From: Candidatus Cloacimonadota bacterium
GTDB lineage: Bacteria > Cloacimonadota > Cloacimonadia > Cloacimonadales > TCS61
Direction of reading: 5' to 3'
Assembly: GCA_030638385.1 (NCBI GenBank)
Contig: DAOWES010000261.1
Span: 1-33,816, forward strand
DNA: 33,816 bases
In this document: in pieces, positions 23,516 to 32,148 of the stretch
How the letters are laid out: each line of letters opens with the position of its first letter
Position numbering within the stretch: position 1 is the first letter of the stretch
The notes under the pieces: generated by a model
Seen by the model: only the letters and a program-made list of their open reading frames with translations
What the model was told of the DNA's origin: nothing
Databases searched by the model: none
Translations under genes and position numbers: made by a program

Positions 23516-23713
23516 TTAAAGCCGCTTGTAGAAAATCCGAACACCTTTCTTCTTCCACTTAACTTTTCCGTGAGATCTTAATCGTCGGAGGGCCTTATTC
23601 ATATTGATCTCTGAACCATCCCCCCACTTTTCATTGAAGATTCTTTTGACAGCCATCCCGTCGGTAAACTTGTCTAGGGTGTCAATGATCTCAAGCATAT
23701 CATCATAATACAT
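23516..23713 (-). CDS. Small basic protein (65 aa), possible DNA-binding
   Basis: ORF between the Mu-F-like gene and the protease gene. The C-terminus is Lys/Arg-rich. Confidence 0.45.
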   Translation of the reverse strand: MYYDDMLEIIDTLDKFTDGMAVKRIFNEKWGDGSEINMNKALRRLRSHGKVKWKKKGVRIFYKRL

Positions 23714-23714
23714 T

Positions 23715-24506
23715 TTATCTGATCACCACTGTACATCTACAATTGGGATGAGAATTTAGAACTGGAAGAGGATTGTTCGGGGTCCCGGCATATTGTACTT
23801 GATAGATTTTCTCACGACCCTTTGGGCCCTGGTTGTGTCTGCAGATCTTTGAGACTTTTGAATCGTTTGAGGTGATGTAATTGTATTCTTCGATCTCTGC
23901 TTCTTTCATGGTTTGGACTTGACCGAGAACGTGCGACTTGACAACTTCAGTCCTGGAGATTCGCATGGCCCTTTTGCTTGAGATTGATCTAATCGAACTA
24001 TGGATCTGTTGAGAAATCTTCTGAGGGTCTTGGCCCTTTTCTAATCCATCAGCAATGATTTGATTTACTTTTTTTGATTGTGCCTGGGAAACACCTTCAT
24101 AATAATCTAGTTGTTGATCGATCAGGATATCTATTGCTGCAGTGTCTTCGATCTCATCGAACTTGACAACTCCCCCCTCCTTGTCGAGAATTCGTTTGGA
24201 TCCTTTCTGAAAACTATCAAGCAAGAGTTCCCTGGCAGTCTCAAATAATTGGACAATTCTCTTATTGATCGCTGCAAAATAATCATAAACAATTTCATTG
24301 AAACTTTCCTGCTGGATGAATGGCAGGTTTTCAGACAAGAGACTCTCAATCAAAGAAGGATCATAAAACGTATTAAATATTTCCTTACGATATTTCTTCT
24401 CTGCAGTTTTCACGCCATAATACTTTTTCTTATCAATCAGTCGCCGGGCTTTCTTCGTCGCCATTTTCAGGAATCTTCCCTCGTTGATACACTTCTTTTT
24501 TCCCAT
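23715..24506 (-). CDS. Head morphogenesis protein (Mu gpF / SPP1 gp7-like)
   Basis: The C-terminal ...NPLPVLNSHPNCRCTVV is the hallmark of this domain. The gene sits directly after the portal gene. Confidence 0.75.
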   Translation of the reverse strand: MGKKKCINEGRFLKMATKKARRLIDKKKYYGVKTAEKKYRKEIFNTFYDPSLIESLLSENLPFIQQESFNEIVYDYFAAINKRIVQLFETARELLLDSFQKGSKRILDKEGGVVKFDEIEDTAAIDILIDQQLDYYEGVSQAQSKKVNQIIADGLEKGQDPQKISQQIHSSIRSISSKRAMRISRTEVVKSHVLGQVQTMKEAEIEEYNYITSNDSKVSKICRHNQGPKGREKIYQVQYAGTPNNPLPVLNSHPNCRCTVVIR

Positions 24507-24539
24507 TGAATTCTAGTTCGTCCGTATGATATTCCATGA

Positions 24540-25970
24540 TTAATTTTCAACCTTGTTCTTTTCTTTAGCCTTCTTCTCACCCAATAATTTTGAAACCTTC
24601 TCGAGAGTCTCTTCAGAAGATTCACCTGCGCCTGTTTCCCACTTGTAAGCTTCACCGAAATCATCATCTTTTGGATAACCTAACTCGACACGATATTCAT
24701 CAAGCTTGATTGTCCCATCGTTCCATTCTTTTTGAAGCCTGTTAATTCTATCAACCATAAGCTCAACATCATATCTTCCCCACTTCCATTTGTATCTCGC
24801 CTTTGGAACTGTGATATTATCGCCGATTGCTTTTAGACTTGCATTCATTCCCTCGTGAACCGATTCATTCAATGTTCCAGTGAAATAATTTCTAATGGAG
24901 GAAATAGCCAAATAGAATAATTGTGCTTGCTCTTGAGAAGTTGATCTGTTGACAAGCTCCCCGTGAATAATAAACTCCGGACTCAAAACCGAGCTCACTT
25001 TTCTCTTGAAGTAATCCAAATATTTTGATAGGTCAAGTGCTTGGCCCCCATCAGTAAGATTCAATGCGCTGAACTTTCGACCAACAACAGGACTCTCATA
25101 ATCTTGAAGACTTTCCAATAATTTCTTAACCTTATCAACTGCAGGATCATCCATGATGTCTTCTTCGTCGGTTACTTCGGGCATGATCATCTTAATTGGA
25201 ACTGCCTTGTATCTGGAGATAACTGCAATTGCTCGCTCCATAGATAATAAAATATCCACATCATTAAGAGTTGCAGCAATTGGCGATCTTCCGTAAATCC
25301 CCCAGATGTTCCTCATGAATCTGAAGTGAATAATTTCGTCCGGAGAATATTCAATTCCATTAAAGCTTTCAACACCCCATGCAGTTTGAACAGAATATTG
25401 TTTTAGCTTAAGTTTCTTTGCTTGGGCGACGGTGAAGTACATCCTTTCGATATATCTTATCGGCTGCTGAGTCTTCCAATCGAATTCAATATAAATATCT
25501 TCAGAGTTTTCAATGTTGACATATTTGAAGGATCCCTTGTTGCCCTTGATCTTTCTTAAATAACCATCACCAGTTGCGACTGCTTGAGTAATTGCTTCAC
25601 GAGCCTCTGGCCTGTATTGAGAAAAGTGCAACCATTTATCTCCGTAATCTTCAAGGACTTCATTTGGAGATTCGATTCCAGGGCAATCTCCCATGAGAAC
25701 ATTCACCAAATAATTCACACTGGTTTGGATAAAAGTATTGTCATCAAAGGCCTTCTTACATTTGGCTTTCTCCTCGTGGATTGTTAATGTTCGAGAAGTA
25801 AAAATGTCTTTTGCGTATTTGTAAGAAAGTCCGAAATATTCGAATCCAGAGATAAGTGCATCGAGTTGAGTTTGAACATCACCAACCGCTTCAATCAATT
25901 GGGGTTTTGTTTTTGCCTGCAGTTTCTTCAATTCCTGTTTAGCACCAATTTTTACCTTCTTCTTCACCAT
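24540..25970 (-). CDS. Portal protein (476 aa from ATG 25970)
   Basis: Called on position between terL and the Mu-F-like gene and on size. A class L promoter lies 22 nt upstream of ATG 25970. The longer track reading overlaps terL by 74 nt. Confidence 0.75.
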   Translation of the reverse strand: MVKKKVKIGAKQELKKLQAKTKPQLIEAVGDVQTQLDALISGFEYFGLSYKYAKDIFTSRTLTIHEEKAKCKKAFDDNTFIQTSVNYLVNVLMGDCPGIESPNEVLEDYGDKWLHFSQYRPEAREAITQAVATGDGYLRKIKGNKGSFKYVNIENSEDIYIEFDWKTQQPIRYIERMYFTVAQAKKLKLKQYSVQTAWGVESFNGIEYSPDEIIHFRFMRNIWGIYGRSPIAATLNDVDILLSMERAIAVISRYKAVPIKMIMPEVTDEEDIMDDPAVDKVKKLLESLQDYESPVVGRKFSALNLTDGGQALDLSKYLDYFKRKVSSVLSPEFIIHGELVNRSTSQEQAQLFYLAISSIRNYFTGTLNESVHEGMNASLKAIGDNITVPKARYKWKWGRYDVELMVDRINRLQKEWNDGTIKLDEYRVELGYPKDDDFGEAYKWETGAGESSEETLEKVSKLLGEKKAKEKNKVEN

Positions 25971-25992
25971 AAGCTTTTTAAGTTTTTCGTGT

Positions 25993-26006
25993 TTTATATA
26001 TTTATT
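25993..26006 (-). promoter_or_regulatory. Class L TATA-like promoter overlapping the terL stop
   Basis: AATAAATATATAAAA plus spacer plus ATG 25970. Confidence 0.55.
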
Positions 26007-27213
26007 CTTCCGGGCCCCTGCCAACAATTCCAGTTCCAACCGTTTTGACCTTTCGAGATTTCTTCTCCAGGCCATATCTCATCGCATCCATCAGATGATC
26101 GTTTAAATCGATTGGAGTATCAAGCACGTGCTCTTGAGAGTCTGTCTTCCATTTGTATGATCTTAATTCTTTAGCCAAGTTGACAGAGTCTTTTGTTACA
26201 AATAAGGAATTCTGTTTGATGAAGTTTATTCCTCTGAGAATAGATCCCTTCCCTTTCTTTGTCTTGTGTATGTTGAACCCGGCCTGTTTGATATCTCTGA
26301 TTATTTCGGGTCGGGCTGAATCTGCAATGATAGTTGAGTCCCTTTTAAGAGCTCCAGATTCAACTAATGCCTCCAACTTCATAACAATGTTCTCTGAAGT
26401 TAATTCTGTTTGATAGAGAAGCTCCTGAACCATTATTCCCCCTTTAGGATGATATCTGATTCTTACGAGTGTTGTTGGATCGTTAAAACCAAAGTCCATG
26501 CCATACAATTCTTCTCCTTCGAACTCTTCAATCTTAATATCCCTTCCACCCCGATTCACAGCATATTTCCAATGAGGATAAATAGTTGATTTGGGTGCAC
26601 CCCTTTCTCCGAGTCCATAGATCCTCCACATATTCAAATCTCTCTCCTTGAATTTTAGGATCTTTCTGATGATTTCTTTTTCAAGGAATGGATTATCTTT
26701 GTAGGTTGACTTATGGAAAAAGTTATCCTTGTCATCAGCATACTCATCATAGAACCAGTGGAATGTTTCTGAAGGATTATAATCTGACCAAGATTCTTTT
26801 TTGGTTCGCATCATGATTTGCTCAACATCCATTTTCTTCATCGAAAGAACTTCATTGAAATAAGTCCTATCACGTCTTGGCCCACGAACCTTGTCTTCAT
26901 TGTCTGATGAATAAAACCTCACCAAGTTGGATTTTATTCTATACTCATGATGGGATTTGTTGTGCATATTTTTTGAATAGATCCCGTGCTTTTTTAGAAT
27001 ATCTTCCCAGTCTTTCATTGCAGAGATCCTAAGCGCAGGCATCGTATCTCTCACTACATCAATTGTCTCATTTTCCCACTGGCTTAAACATCCAATTAGA
27101 ATTCGATAAAGTATGGACCAAGTTTTTCCTGAAGATGAGCCTCCCTGCAATATCTTCGTGGGATTTTTTTCATCCATCAACATCCGAATATTCGGTGTAA
27201 TAGGAATCTTCAT
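26002..27213 (-). CDS. terL: Terminase large subunit
   Basis: It has Walker A GGSSSGKT and the nuclease-domain motifs IIADSARPE and DHLMDAMRY. AGGAGG lies 5 nt upstream of the ATG. Confidence 0.9.
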   Translation of the reverse strand: MKIPITPNIRMLMDEKNPTKILQGGSSSGKTWSILYRILIGCLSQWENETIDVVRDTMPALRISAMKDWEDILKKHGIYSKNMHNKSHHEYRIKSNLVRFYSSDNEDKVRGPRRDRTYFNEVLSMKKMDVEQIMMRTKKESWSDYNPSETFHWFYDEYADDKDNFFHKSTYKDNPFLEKEIIRKILKFKERDLNMWRIYGLGERGAPKSTIYPHWKYAVNRGGRDIKIEEFEGEELYGMDFGFNDPTTLVRIRYHPKGGIMVQELLYQTELTSENIVMKLEALVESGALKRDSTIIADSARPEIIRDIKQAGFNIHKTKKGKGSILRGINFIKQNSLFVTKDSVNLAKELRSYKWKTDSQEHVLDTPIDLNDHLMDAMRYGLEKKSRKVKTVGTGIVGRGPEE

Positions 27214-27855
27214 TTAGGCCTCCTTCTTCACACAAATAATTCTCTGATATTTCTCGAAGTCTTTGATTACCTTAAGCCTTGTAAAAACTTCTGCACCCAC
27301 TTTTGTCAATGCAGCGATTCCACCAGTTCCCTTTCGAACGTCCAGGATCAATGTTGCGCCAGGCTTCATGACTCTGATTGCTTCATTCAGATAAGTTTCA
27401 ATAGGATAATGGAATCCCCAACTGATGAGGGATGTTACGAGATCCACAGACTCGTCGGCCAACAAAATCTCGTTATCATCTGTTGCGAATTGCGCAAGTG
27501 AATGAACTCCATTGGCCAATAATGTGTCCACTGACAAGTCTAGTGAATTATAAAATGCTCCCTCATCCTTGAAGCCATACCAAATATTATCTTCAGTCTG
27601 GGTTTTGTCGATCATGGTGATGTTGACGATTCCAGAATAAGCTTCTTGTAATAAAATATTTTGAATTCCGATTCCGGATCCAATATCTACCACATTTATC
27701 TGTTCATGATCATCAGTGAAATCCGGTAAGAAATCTTTGTAAGTATCAAAATCTCTTCGGAAGTCAGCTTCAATCTCTTCAGCAGTTACACCTTCTTTGA
27801 GCTGCGTTCTCTGCAGAAGAATAAACTTAATCGCTTCAGGAGTTAGTTTCAACAT
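27214..27855 (-). CDS. Class I SAM-dependent methyltransferase (not an obvious DNA MTase)
   Basis: Motif I is VVDIGSGIGIQ and the post-I region is VNITMIDK...MKPGATLILDV. No (D/N/S)PP(Y/F) motif was seen. Confidence 0.7.
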   Translation of the reverse strand: MLKLTPEAIKFILLQRTQLKEGVTAEEIEADFRRDFDTYKDFLPDFTDDHEQINVVDIGSGIGIQNILLQEAYSGIVNITMIDKTQTEDNIWYGFKDEGAFYNSLDLSVDTLLANGVHSLAQFATDDNEILLADESVDLVTSLISWGFHYPIETYLNEAIRVMKPGATLILDVRKGTGGIAALTKVGAEVFTRLKVIKDFEKYQRIICVKKEA

Positions 27856-28763
27856 TTGAAAACCTCCATCTTGTAGAGCTCGTAAACAATCCTTGCTTCA
27901 TGTAGTGCATCATCTGCTCCCCGGTGAGCTTCAGTATAATCTTCTTTGACTATGATGGCCCATGCCTCTTGAACGCTTGGCCATTTGAATCCGGCCTTGT
28001 TCACATTAGGAATCTTACAGACATCTGTTGCAAGGACCATTGGGCACTCAAGTTCTTTTACCTCAAGTTCTCTTGATCTTAGGAAGTCGAAATCAAATTT
28101 CTTGTTGTAAGCAGTTGCAGGATATTTATCCAGGATCAATTGAATTCTCTCTTTGTCAAGGGGTTTTGCTTTCATGCAATCAATAAATTTCAAATCAGAA
28201 TTATTAAAGATCCAGGCATCGCCATGAGTCCCATCAAGTCCTTCCTCTTTCACAAGTTCATCATAAACAATCTTCGCTTCGCCAGTGTTTAGATCTAACT
28301 CCACAATTCCAACTTCAACAATCAGGCCGCCCCTTTGTAAAAAGTTAGTTGTTTCAATATCAACAATCAAGATCTTCTTCTCTTCCATTGGTTTTTCAGT
28401 AGCCTTGAATTTACTTAAATCTTCTGGTGAGTTGACCATCACGAGCTCAAGCTTCTGATCAGGCATAACTCCAACTTGCTCAACTTCTTGACGTTCAACA
28501 TATCCCCTGGATCTTCCAAGTCTTTTAAGAATCAATTCAATCGCCCACTTCTTTCCTTCATCTGCTGCAGTGAATAATCTATTTTCGGCCACATCAATCA
28601 CGTTCTCTCTCTCTTGATCGCAGAGGACTTTCATCTCCGGATTGTTTTGAAGGAACCTTGTGATGGTTGATCGCTCAACTTTTAGTGTTTCTGCAATCAC
28701 TGCCTGGACTCCGAAAGATCCCTCTAGTGCTTTCTTGAATGTGTCTTCAGTTACTTTTGTCAT
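27849..28763 (-). CDS. Small-terminase-like HTH domain fused to a DEDDh (DnaQ-like) 3'-5' exonuclease; start 28763 (or 28829)
   Basis: The N-terminus GVQAVIAETLKVERSTITRFLQNNPE...IDVAENRLF...KWAIELILKR follows a pattern common in phage TerS and packaging HTH proteins. The C-terminus has Exo I ILIVDIETT, Exo II AYNKKFDFDFL and Exo III HRGADDALHEARI. Confidence 0.6.
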   Translation of the reverse strand: MTKVTEDTFKKALEGSFGVQAVIAETLKVERSTITRFLQNNPEMKVLCDQERENVIDVAENRLFTAADEGKKWAIELILKRLGRSRGYVERQEVEQVGVMPDQKLELVMVNSPEDLSKFKATEKPMEEKKILIVDIETTNFLQRGGLIVEVGIVELDLNTGEAKIVYDELVKEEGLDGTHGDAWIFNNSDLKFIDCMKAKPLDKERIQLILDKYPATAYNKKFDFDFLRSRELEVKELECPMVLATDVCKIPNVNKAGFKWPSVQEAWAIIVKEDYTEAHRGADDALHEARIVYELYKMEVFKC

Positions 28764-28792
28764 GTTCTCTTTTTTGTTGCAATTGTTGCAAT

Positions 28793-29002
28793 TTACTTCA
28801 CGATTCTTGCAGAATAGTGGTTCGGGCACTTAGGGCCATAAACCTTATCAGGGCATTTCTCTCCCTTCATTTTGCAGTAGGGAATTATGTCACCGATCTT
28901 TCCTGGGATTGTCCAGTCAGAGATTATTAATTCTATTCCCATGAGATTATCCATCTTGATCGTTCGGGACTTCTTCTTTGTGTAGTTGTGTTTGCCGTTC
29001 AT
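28793..29002 (-). CDS. Hypothetical protein (69 aa)
   Basis: ORF in the coupled gene train (4-nt overlap upstream). Confidence 0.45.
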   Translation of the reverse strand: MNGKHNYTKKKSRTIKMDNLMGIELIISDWTIPGKIGDIIPYCKMKGEKCPDKVYGPKCPNHYSARIVK

Positions 29003-29187
29003 CCTTTAGACTCCGAGTATTTGTTAGTTAGAATCCACCTTAGCATCCTTCTTATTTTTATCTCGATCTTCTCACCACTGTTTATAACTTGGATGATTTG
29101 TGTGGGGAGTTTTCCTTTTGGTAGATCCCCTAAAATATATCTTTCAAGATCCCCAAGATTCTTACTTAGTATCGCTTCTTTTATCAT
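28999..29187 (-). CDS. Hypothetical protein (62 aa)
   Basis: ORF in the coupled gene train (4-nt overlaps on both sides). Confidence 0.45.
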   Translation of the reverse strand: MIKEAILSKNLGDLERYILGDLPKGKLPTQIIQVINSGEKIEIKIRRMLRWILTNKYSESKG

Positions 29188-29762
29188 TCTTCTTCCCTCA
29201 AATCAAATCCACACTTGGGACATTTGTGATCTTTGTTTAGTTTTCTTTTGTGGGCGCTTACGTTAGTCGTCTCAGTATTTTCGATTCTTTTTACAATTGT
29301 ATCAATACGTTTCAATGAGAATCCAGTGTCTTTGAGGTTTCTTGATCCTTCGAGCTTTTTGAATTCTGTTTTTAGGATCTTTAGATCGTAACCAGTCTTT
29401 TGATTTGTTTCGTTTGCGGCCAGTCTGTAGGCGATCTTCTCTTGGTCAGTAAAATCAGTTATTTTGAGAACTTCGATTTCTTTTGTGCCGCTTGGATCAA
29501 TCATGTAAAATGCTCTGAGTCGGCCGTGGCCTGATAGGACTTGGTTGTTTTCATCAACTTCGATCTTGGTTGTGTAGCCAAATGTGATCAATGAATTTGC
29601 GATATCTTTTACCTGGGCCTCAGTGTGGATCTTAGAATTATCTGGATAAGGTTTGATTTTGTTTAACTTGAGAGTTACTAATTTTCCGTTCTTTCGTTTG
29701 GTCATGGCTTTTCCGATCTCTTTTTCAACTTCAGGGGATTCGAGCTCACTCATTTTCCCCAC
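29184..29762 (-). CDS. ParB-like nuclease-domain (sulfiredoxin-fold) protein with C-terminal zinc ribbon
   Basis: LNKIKPYPDNSKIHTEAQVKDIANSLITFGYTTKIEVDENNQVLSGHGRLRAF matches the ParBc pattern. The C-terminus has CPKCGF. Confidence 0.7.
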   Translation of the reverse strand: MGKMSELESPEVEKEIGKAMTKRKNGKLVTLKLNKIKPYPDNSKIHTEAQVKDIANSLITFGYTTKIEVDENNQVLSGHGRLRAFYMIDPSGTKEIEVLKITDFTDQEKIAYRLAANETNQKTGYDLKILKTEFKKLEGSRNLKDTGFSLKRIDTIVKRIENTETTNVSAHKRKLNKDHKCPKCGFDLREEE

Positions 29763-30018
29763 TGCAGCAATTCACTGCATCCTCTTTATCTTTAAAATCA
29801 TAATTGCAGATCGGACAAACGTATTTGTAAATGATCAGTTGATTCTTTTGGAGTGATCTTCTCACATCGATCCAGAAGCATTGAAAGATTTCTTTGAATG
29901 TCATGTTCCAGATTCTTGTTCGATAGGATCTTGCTTCACAGATGTTTCCTTCACCATCAATGTAATAAAGATATTTTGGCTTTCGTTCGATTGCGTTTGG
30001 GATTATTATCTTACTCAT
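29746..30018 (-). CDS. Hypothetical protein (90 aa) with C-terminal CxxC...CC motif
   Basis: ORF carrying CPICNYDFKDKEDAVNCC. Confidence 0.5.
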   Translation of the reverse strand: MSKIIIPNAIERKPKYLYYIDGEGNICEARSYRTRIWNMTFKEIFQCFWIDVRRSLQKNQLIIYKYVCPICNYDFKDKEDAVNCCSGENE

Positions 30019-30277
30019 CTTTGTGCTCCCAGGAGATTATAAGAAATCCTTGGTAGTAAGTAACATCAGTTATTTCTCTGATGAAAAATATATTATCGTC
30101 TTCAGAATTAAAAACTTGTATCTTTCCAAATTCTCTTTTCTGCATCATATCAATTAATGAATCAAACCTTGCATCATGATATTCGATCTTTCGAAAAGTA
30201 TTTGGTTTTAGTCCAGACTTTTCCTTGTAGTAGAAAAATGGATCTGATTTGAATTGAACAAGTGATCCGTAAGTCAT
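30011..30277 (-). CDS. Hypothetical protein (88 aa from ATG 30277)
   Basis: MTYGSLVQFKSDPFFYYKEK... The ATG is in an ATGA overlap with the stop of the upstream micro-ORF. The track start at 30355 would overlap that ORF. Confidence 0.5.
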   Translation of the reverse strand: MTYGSLVQFKSDPFFYYKEKSGLKPNTFRKIEYHDARFDSLIDMMQKREFGKIQVFNSEDDNIFFIREITDVTYYQGFLIISWEHKDE

Positions 30278-30450
30278 TGGGTCCTCCGCTTGTAAGTTTC
30301 GCAAGTATCGTGATGGTTGAAATAGCATTTGTAGTAATCGCCACGCATCGGGCATTGTTCATAAGTTATTGGACAGGTCACTAGATCTTGATCTTTTGTT
30401 GGGATTTTTCCGTTTCCGATTTCAGTTTTTGCTTCGAGTGTTTTTGCCAT
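30274..30450 (-). CDS. Micro-ORF, 58 aa, Cys/His-rich (not in the ORF track)
   Basis: MAKTLEAKTEIGNGKIPTKDQDLVTCPITYEQCPMRGDYYKCYFNHHDTCETYKRRTQ. Confidence 0.45.
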   Translation of the reverse strand: MAKTLEAKTEIGNGKIPTKDQDLVTCPITYEQCPMRGDYYKCYFNHHDTCETYKRRTQ

Positions 30451-30484
30451 GTTTTCTTCTTTCTTTGCGCACTTTCTTTCTTCT

Positions 30485-30661
30485 TTAGTAGATCTCGAAT
30501 CGGACCTTGACCGTGCATCTAGTCTCTCTCTTTACCTTGTAGCGCTTCATTTCTACACTCTTGATCACTGCAACTTTCTCAAGATTTGTCAACCATGCGA
30601 GAGCTGCATAATCTACAGGCATTGATTCTGAATCCTCATAGAAGGTTTTTTGTTTCTTCAT
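30485..30661 (-). CDS. Micro-ORF, 58 aa (not in the ORF track)
   Basis: MKKQKTFYEDSESMPVDYAALAWLTNLEKVAVIKSVEMKRYKVKRETRCTVKVRFEIY. The ATG is in an ATGA overlap with the stop of the AbrB-like gene. Confidence 0.45.
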   Translation of the reverse strand: MKKQKTFYEDSESMPVDYAALAWLTNLEKVAVIKSVEMKRYKVKRETRCTVKVRFEIY

Positions 30662-30891
30662 TTTGATTTCACCTTCTTCAACAACTTAACAAACTCTTCA
30701 TCAGTTGGAACGTGAGACATATATCCTGAACGAGTCAATTGAATAATTGCTTTTGCAAGGAAGTCTTTTTCAGAATTCTTTGGAATGATCACAACTTCAT
30801 CTCCTGGTTGGATCTTTGAATCTTGGGGGATTGTTACGAACTTGGATTTGTTTGCCTTGTTCTGTTTTACGGTCCTGATTAATTCTTCCAT
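30658..30891 (-). CDS. AbrB/SpoVT-like DNA-binding protein
   Basis: KFVTIPQDSKIQPGDEVVIIPKN fits the swapped-hairpin AbrB motif. Confidence 0.55.
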   Translation of the reverse strand: MEELIRTVKQNKANKSKFVTIPQDSKIQPGDEVVIIPKNSEKDFLAKAIIQLTRSGYMSHVPTDEEFVKLLKKVKSK

Positions 30892-31223
30892 TAGAATTCA
30901 ACCCTCTGAGGAATCTCTTTTAATAAATCGTTTAGGACTTGCACCTTAGAATTGGGATCTGCTTCTCCCTTGATAATATTTTTAATTAGATCTATGGATG
31001 CAAGAAGGACTTTGGAATTCTTACTAACAGACTTCATTTGTTCAGCCCATTGAAATGCTTGAGAATCTAATTCTCGGACCCGATTGTTTGCCGATCTTAA
31101 TTCTCCCTGGGCCTTGCATCTTGCATCAATCTCCACCCTATTTGCTGACCTCGACGAATCAAGAATATTGTTCAATCTCTCAATTTCTTCCTCACACCTT
31201 TTTATTGTTTTTCTTGCCATCAC
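30891..31223 (-). CDS. Coiled-coil protein (110 aa)
   Basis: ORF with heptad-like composition, overlapping both neighbours. Confidence 0.5.
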   Translation of the reverse strand: MMARKTIKRCEEEIERLNNILDSSRSANRVEIDARCKAQGELRSANNRVRELDSQAFQWAEQMKSVSKNSKVLLASIDLIKNIIKGEADPNSKVQVLNDLLKEIPQRVEF

Positions 31224-31441
31224 TTCTTTTTGTTGAATTTATTCTCAAACGCTTGAACACCTTTCACGAGCGCATAAAATAATCCTGGGATTCCGCCAAA
31301 GATAAATAATGCAATGAACCATCCCCAACTGAAGGGTTTATTTTTTTTAGCATAATTTCGATATCCTAATCGATCCTCAAGAAATATCTCTTCGCCTTTT
31401 GGGATGTTTTCAGCAGCAGTTCCTACAACTCGGCCTGCCAT
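31220..31441 (-). CDS. Small membrane protein (73 aa)
   Basis: TM stretch WGWFIALFIFGGIPGLFYALV. Confidence 0.5.
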   Translation of the reverse strand: MAGRVVGTAAENIPKGEEIFLEDRLGYRNYAKKNKPFSWGWFIALFIFGGIPGLFYALVKGVQAFENKFNKKK

Positions 31442-32127
31442 TATTCTGCTGCAACCTCTTCAGGATTTGGGAGAGACCTTGCTTCTTTCGTTCCCTTCTT
31501 TCTTGAAGCGGCTTGATCGTCCAAAAGCTTGTCGATATTCTTTCCACGCTTATCGAAGAATTCTTTTACTGCAGATAATTTTTCCTTAATCTTATTCAAT
31601 AATTCATCTTGCTGCTTCATGGCTTGCTCAACTCGAAGGACGCTTTTTTCTTCCTGGAGTAAAGTTTCTAATCGTTCAGGCCTGTTGGATTCGATCTCCA
31701 TGTACTCCATCAATAAATCTTCAATCTCATTTGTGCTGACGGTGGTGATCTCGTATTTTCCATCAACAAAGTGCATCTCAGTTCTTGCGTTGTCAATGAT
31801 TCCCTTCAATCGAGTCATGATTTCTTTGTCAGAATAAATTTCTCTGATCTTCCGGCAACGCTTTTCAACATTGATATTATGTTCTTTGAAGATCGCTTTT
31901 AAATTTTCAGATTTCTTGTCCTTGGATTCGATAGTTTGTTTCATCACCATCAGATTTACTTTGATTGATTCAATTCGATGAGGCCCTTCTTGGATCTTTT
32001 TGTCAGTCATCATTTTAGCCATTAAGTTTGCCCGGTAATTCTCGATAAGACTTGCTTCATCGTGAGTGACTGTTTCTTTGAAAGTTATTTTTTCTTTGTC
32101 CTGAGTGATCTCAATTTTATCTTCCAT
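31441..32127 (-). CDS. Hypothetical coiled-coil protein (228 aa)
   Basis: A class E promoter lies 21 nt upstream of the ATG. No motif recognised. Confidence 0.6.
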   Translation of the reverse strand: MEDKIEITQDKEKITFKETVTHDEASLIENYRANLMAKMMTDKKIQEGPHRIESIKVNLMVMKQTIESKDKKSENLKAIFKEHNINVEKRCRKIREIYSDKEIMTRLKGIIDNARTEMHFVDGKYEITTVSTNEIEDLLMEYMEIESNRPERLETLLQEEKSVLRVEQAMKQQDELLNKIKEKLSAVKEFFDKRGKNIDKLLDDQAASRKKGTKEARSLPNPEEVAAE

Positions 32128-32148
32128 GCAGAACTATGTAATAATACG

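Noticed and set aside
25971-26075. N-terminal extensions of track ORFs: portal to 26075, protease to 23558, GT to 20898 (TTG), regulator to 4622 (GTG), and 659..937, 32162..32389, 30011..30355, 32340..32804
   Set aside because: The extensions overlap upstream genes or begin at non-ATG codons. In most cases an internal ATG sits 21-22 nt after a promoter motif, carries an SD, or is in an ATGA overlap.
16777-30362. Nested minus-strand ORFs 16777..16977, 19212..19397, 20220..20465, 24131..24349, 24467..24667 and 30174..30362
   Set aside because: They are out-of-frame inside larger supported genes, with skewed composition (for example Leu/Met/Arg-rich) and no independent signals.
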